Source: Candidatus Aenigmatarchaeota archaeon
Lineage (GTDB): Archaea; Aenigmatarchaeota; Aenigmatarchaeia; CG10238-14; SCSR01
Assembly: GCA_038998365.1 (NCBI GenBank)
Contig: JAVZHJ010000001.1
Coordinates: forward strand, 1 to 27,667
DNA length: 27,667 nucleotides
Reading direction: 5' to 3'
Positions 24,435 to 27,667 of the stretch are shown in pieces. Both the position numbers and the translations under genes were made by a program. Each line of letters opens with the position of its first letter. The first letter of the stretch is position 1. A model generated the notes under the pieces. It did not search any database. It had not been told where the DNA came from and worked only from the letters and a program-made list of their open reading frames with translations.

Positions 24435-25802
24435 ATGATGGCAGAGGTTCGGGAAGTTCCTGAGTCTCTGCGAGAATGGGAAAGGGTAGCAGCACATTCT
24501 CACATTCAAGGCTTAGGTTTAGATGGCTTAAAAGCAAAGCCTGTAGCTCAAGGAATGGTAGGGCAAATAGAAGCAAGAGAAGCTGCTGGTTTGGTTGTAA
24601 GATTAATAAAAGAAGGTAAGTTCGCGGGAAGAGCTATTCTCTTGGCAGGGCCTCCAGGCACTGGAAAAACTGCCATAGCTAACGCGATAGCAAAAGAGCT
24701 CGGTTGGGATGTTCCTTTTGTTCCTTTGGCTGCAAGTGAAATTTTTTCAACTGAAATGAGAAAAACAGAATTTTTAACTCAAACTTTAAGAAAAGCAATA
24801 GGAGCAAGAATTCATGAGATGAGAAAAATTTATGAAGGCGAGGTCAAAGAAATTTCAATAGAAAAAGCTCAGCATCCTTACAATCCTTACCAACAAATTC
24901 CAGTTGGAGCTACAATAAAAATTGCAACAAAAGATGAGAGCAAAAAGCTTACTATGGACCAAAGCTTTGCAATGCAGCTGATTCAACAAGGTGTTGAAAC
25001 AGGAGATGTGATTCAAATTGATGTCGAGGGAGGAAGACTTGTTAAGCTTGGTATGAGTGAAGAGGCAGCGAAAGAGAAAAAAGTTGATTTGACTTCTACA
25101 AAACCTGTACCAGTTCCAAAAGGAAAAGTTTTGAAAGAGAAAGAATTTGTTTATCCTGTAACACTGCATGCTTTGGATGTAGCAAGCGCAAGATCTGGAA
25201 CAGATATCTTCAGCTTCTTCTTTGGTGGAAGGGAATCGAAAGAAATTGAGCCAGAGGTGAGGAAAGAAGTGGATGAATACATAAAGGCTTTGGTTCAAGA
25301 AGGGAGATGTGAATTGTTGCCGGGCGTGGTTTTTATTGATGAATGCAGTATGCTAGACATAGAAACCTTTGCTTTCCTGAACAAAGCTTTAGAGCAAGAG
25401 CTTTCACCGATAATAATTTTCGCAACTAACAGAGGCTTTTCAACAATTAGGGGGACTGAAATTAAAGCTCCGCATGGAATGCCTTTGGATTTGGTTGATA
25501 GGCTTTTAATAATAAATACGAAGCCTTATGGAAAAGATGAAATAAGAAAAATTTTGGAGATAAGGGCAAAATCTGAAAAAATAAAAATTTCAGAAGAAGC
25601 TTTGGATTATTTGACTGAAATTGGAGCAAAAAGCAGCTTGAGATATGCTATTCAGCTTGTCGCCCCTGCTTTTGAAGTTGCAAAAGAGAAGAAAGAAGAA
25701 GAAATAAAGAAAGAGCATGTTGTTTATGTTGAAAAACTTTTTGCTGATGTGAAGAGAAGTGTTGAATATTTGAAGGAATATGAGAAGCAGTTTTTGGCTT
25801 AA
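24435..25802 (+). CDS. RuvB-like AAA+ ATPase (TIP49/pontin-reptin family)
   Basis: AAHSHIQGLGL, EAREAAG, GPPGTGKT, RKAIGARI, VTLH.LD, FIDE, ATNRG, PHGMPLDLVDRL, SLRYAIQL. Confidence 0.95.
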   Translation: MMAEVREVPESLREWERVAAHSHIQGLGLDGLKAKPVAQGMVGQIEAREAAGLVVRLIKEGKFAGRAILLAGPPGTGKTAIANAIAKELGWDVPFVPLAASEIFSTEMRKTEFLTQTLRKAIGARIHEMRKIYEGEVKEISIEKAQHPYNPYQQIPVGATIKIATKDESKKLTMDQSFAMQLIQQGVETGDVIQIDVEGGRLVKLGMSEEAAKEKKVDLTSTKPVPVPKGKVLKEKEFVYPVTLHALDVASARSGTDIFSFFFGGRESKEIEPEVRKEVDEYIKALVQEGRCELLPGVVFIDECSMLDIETFAFLNKALEQELSPIIIFATNRGFSTIRGTEIKAPHGMPLDLVDRLLIINTKPYGKDEIRKILEIRAKSEKIKISEEALDYLTEIGAKSSLRYAIQLVAPAFEVAKEKKEEEIKKEHVVYVEKLFADVKRSVEYLKEYEKQFLA

Positions 25803-25833
25803 ATTATTTTAAAGAAAAGGAGAATAATATTTT

Positions 25834-26175
25834 ATGGCTCAAGTAGAAATTTCTCATGCACCAATTCCGGAAAAATTTGAAATAGAAGAAGAGGTTGGTA
25901 AATTTTTGGAGAAAAATGAGAAGATTTGGAACATTACAAGCTTTAAGCTTGATGTTGATGTTCATAGTCCTGAAGGAAGGAAGAAGTATTCTCTTCATGC
26001 TCAAGTTAAAGCTTCTGATGAAATTTTTGTTGCTCAAGCAAGTGGCTGGGATGTACCTTCTGCTTTAAAGCTTTTGTTTGAAAGGCTAGGCAAAAAAATT
26101 GGGAAAAGCTTGAAAAAGAAGAAAGAGGAGAAAATTGAGATTTCAAGAAAACTGAAGATGAGGAAAGTTGTTTAA
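25834..26175 (+). CDS. Hypothetical protein resembling a stand-alone HPF/RaiA (ribosome hibernation) domain
   Basis: Pattern ..FLEK..K.......KLDVDVH...GRKKYSLHAQV......FVAQASGWD...AL....ERL.K.I suggests beta-alpha-beta-beta-beta-alpha. Recognised from memory, not by search. Confidence 0.55.
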   Translation: MAQVEISHAPIPEKFEIEEEVGKFLEKNEKIWNITSFKLDVDVHSPEGRKKYSLHAQVKASDEIFVAQASGWDVPSALKLLFERLGKKIGKSLKKKKEEKIEISRKLKMRKVV

Positions 26176-26963
26176 ATTTCTTTTATTGAAAGTTCAACGA
26201 GCTTCAATTGTATTTCTATGACTTTCTTCTTCTCTTCTTCTGGAAGGACTCTATATTCAGTAGAATTCTCATATCTTTTATCTTTCGACCAGCTTTTATC
26301 AGGCTTTCCTGTATCCTTGACACGAATTATCGCAACTGCTGGGATGTTGAAATATTTTGCTAAAGTCGCAACTGCCGCAGATTCAAGCTCAGCCGCGATG
26401 TAGCCTTTTTCATATCCCTTTTCATAGAATTCGTCCCAAGGGTAGCCCTTGTCTATAGGAGCAGAAAAGATCTTTCCGGAATGGATTTTTATTTTCTCTC
26501 TTTTCGCAATTTTTCTCACTTTCTTCACAAGCTTTTCGTCAAAGTTTGTTGGATCTTTAACTCCTCTTTCAAGAAGCTTTTGAATGTAGAATTTTGTGTG
26601 TTCCCCACCAACTTCTGATTTGAAAGGAAGAACTATGTCACCAACTTTCAAGTTTGATTGCTTAGTTGCATAGCAAGAGCCTATGAAATAAATTTCTTGA
26701 AGAGTGTCATTTTCCCTCAAAACCCTTTCATACTCATCAATTCCATATTCTATTCCTTGCTCACCATAACCAACACACAAGATGAACAATTTATGCTTAC
26801 CAACTTTAGCTACAAAAGAATTGTTGGCCAAAGGCGGTACATCATCGTAGCTCTTAAAATTTGAAGGCCAAAACTTAACTCCCACCAAAGGCTTTGCTCT
26901 GAAAAAATTAACGATGACTTCTTTGTCTTTTGGGTTAAGACTTGGTGTGATGAGTAGAGGCAT
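26172..26963 (-). CDS. Nucleoside phosphorylase family protein (PNP_UDP_1), divergent
   Basis: GYG, IYFIGSC, LKVGDIVLP, HSGKIFS, AAELESAAVATLAKYFNIPA.AI. Confidence 0.75.
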   Translation of the reverse strand: MPLLITPSLNPKDKEVIVNFFRAKPLVGVKFWPSNFKSYDDVPPLANNSFVAKVGKHKLFILCVGYGEQGIEYGIDEYERVLRENDTLQEIYFIGSCYATKQSNLKVGDIVLPFKSEVGGEHTKFYIQKLLERGVKDPTNFDEKLVKKVRKIAKREKIKIHSGKIFSAPIDKGYPWDEFYEKGYEKGYIAAELESAAVATLAKYFNIPAVAIIRVKDTGKPDKSWSKDKRYENSTEYRVLPEEEKKKVIEIQLKLVELSIKEI

Positions 26964-27045
26964 AATTTAATTTATAAAAATTCAATTTTTAAAAATTCCC
27001 TGTAATTAAATCTAAATTCAATCTTTTTATCTCAGCTTTAAGCTT

Positions 27046-27156
27046 TTACCCTTTCTTGGCAAGTTTTTTGGCTTTCACGAAAGCCCACAACTTCTTCGTC
27101 ATTGCACTCGGAGTTAAAGGAACACTGCCAAAAACTTGTTCAAGAGTTTCTTTTCT
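27046..27156 (-). pseudogene. Start-less SWIB/MDM2-like fragment (RKETLEQVFGSVPLTPSAMTKKLWAFVKAKKLAKKG)
   Basis: Open 36-codon frame preceded by an in-frame TAA (27157-27159); resembles the SWIB core L..V.G..P.....KKLW.Y/F.K...L. Confidence 0.6.
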
Positions 27157-27544
27157 TTAAAATGAAAATATACTTCATTGGCATGAAAGCCTCTAAGTCG
27201 CTTTGATATCCACAACTGCTACATTTATAACCAATTATAATATCTCTATTCAAAAGATTTTTTATTTTAACTGGCTCTATGCTGCTCTCACAAATCGGAC
27301 ATTTGTCTATTTTAGGCAATTTCAAAGTCTTTTTTGTCTTAGCTTTTACTTCAATCTCAGGAATTTTTAGAGCAATTCTTTTAACCCTTATTGGCGATAA
27401 GCTGTAGCTTTTATCTTCTTTCCTCAGTTTTTTCAAAACAAGCTCTGCAAGCTCTTCTTGTGACTCAACTTTAAGCCTTCTCTTTAGTATTTCTCTTACC
27501 GCTTCCATGACTTTGCTTTCTTCAGCAATTTTTCTATCTTTCAT
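27140..27544 (-). CDS. Conserved archaeal hypothetical Zn-ribbon protein (CPIC...CSSC)
   Basis: VESQEEL..LV, CPICES, KNLL, IGYKCSSCGY, KYIF; GGAGG upstream. Confidence 0.75.
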   Translation of the reverse strand: MKDRKIAEESKVMEAVREILKRRLKVESQEELAELVLKKLRKEDKSYSLSPIRVKRIALKIPEIEVKAKTKKTLKLPKIDKCPICESSIEPVKIKNLLNRDIIIGYKCSSCGYQSDLEAFMPMKYIFILKKRNS

Positions 27545-27667
27545 GCCTCCCCTCTCTTCAAAATGTCTATGATCGCGCCTTCCATAGAAAATTCTTTATA
27601 AATTCTACTTGTTGAAAAAATGAAGTGTTCTATGTCTTCCGTATATTTTCCATATTTTTTTCTCAAA
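27541..27667 (-). CDS. 3' end of a hypothetical protein truncated at the right window edge (...LRKKYGKYTEDIEHFIFSTSRIYKEFSMEGAIIDILKRGEA*)
   Basis: Open frame from the edge to TGA 27543-27541, overlapping the next ATG (ATGA). Confidence 0.55.
   Translation of the reverse strand, partial: LRKKYGKYTEDIEHFIFSTSRIYKEFSMEGAIIDILKRGEA

Noticed and set aside
26403-26426. 12-nt near-tandem repeat encoding YEKG-YEKG in the phosphorylase
   Set aside because: A single small in-frame duplication in a variable loop; no evidence of function.
988-26864. Numerous 60-150 aa ORFs lying within or antisense to recognised genes (e.g. 988..1260, 2283..2549, 2339..2659, 15493..15858, 17938..18210, 21114..21521, 21358..21747, 22975..23313, 24855..25298)
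   Set aside because: Mostly or fully overlapped by well-supported CDSs and show no motifs of their own.
26984-26997. Perfect 14-bp palindrome AATTTTTAAAAATT
   Set aside because: AT-only and coincides with the expected TATA position of the phosphorylase gene; no independent support as an operator.
1-27667. tRNA, rRNA, CRISPR array, transposase/integrase
   Set aside because: None recognised by eye; there are no GC-rich structured intergenic stretches or regularly spaced repeats. tRNAscan-SE/Infernal would be needed to exclude small ncRNAs.

Overview
AT-rich archaeal chromosomal window, almost certainly DPANN. The basis is a PriS-PriL fused primase plus archaeal L44e/S27e/L40e, GINS, PCNA and TFS; an Aenigmarchaeota-like affiliation is my inference only. 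Content is mostly housekeeping: serS, tyrS, a beta-CASP RNase, apgM, eno, rtcA, primase-GINS-rpl44e-rps27e, and TFS-RPA-PCNA-TIP49. These genes are interleaved with small, often more AT-rich ORFans. The most notable structure is a free-standing LAGLIDADG endonuclease inside a partial duplication of rpl44e. Upstream lies a 26-codon truncated rpl44e 5' stub; downstream lies a complete rpl44e whose first 22 codons are a recoded second copy, so the element appears to carry its own replacement 5' end plus RBS. Four accessory genes (HD hydrolase, DHFR-like, MgtE, DUF4234-like) are each broken by a single-base indel in an A6/A7 run. Several plausible small ORFs missing from the ORF track were found: L40e, a 36-aa C2HC zinc-finger peptide, a 37-aa membrane peptide, a start-less SWIB-like fragment, and two edge-truncated CDSs. 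No tRNA, rRNA or CRISPR array was recognised by eye.
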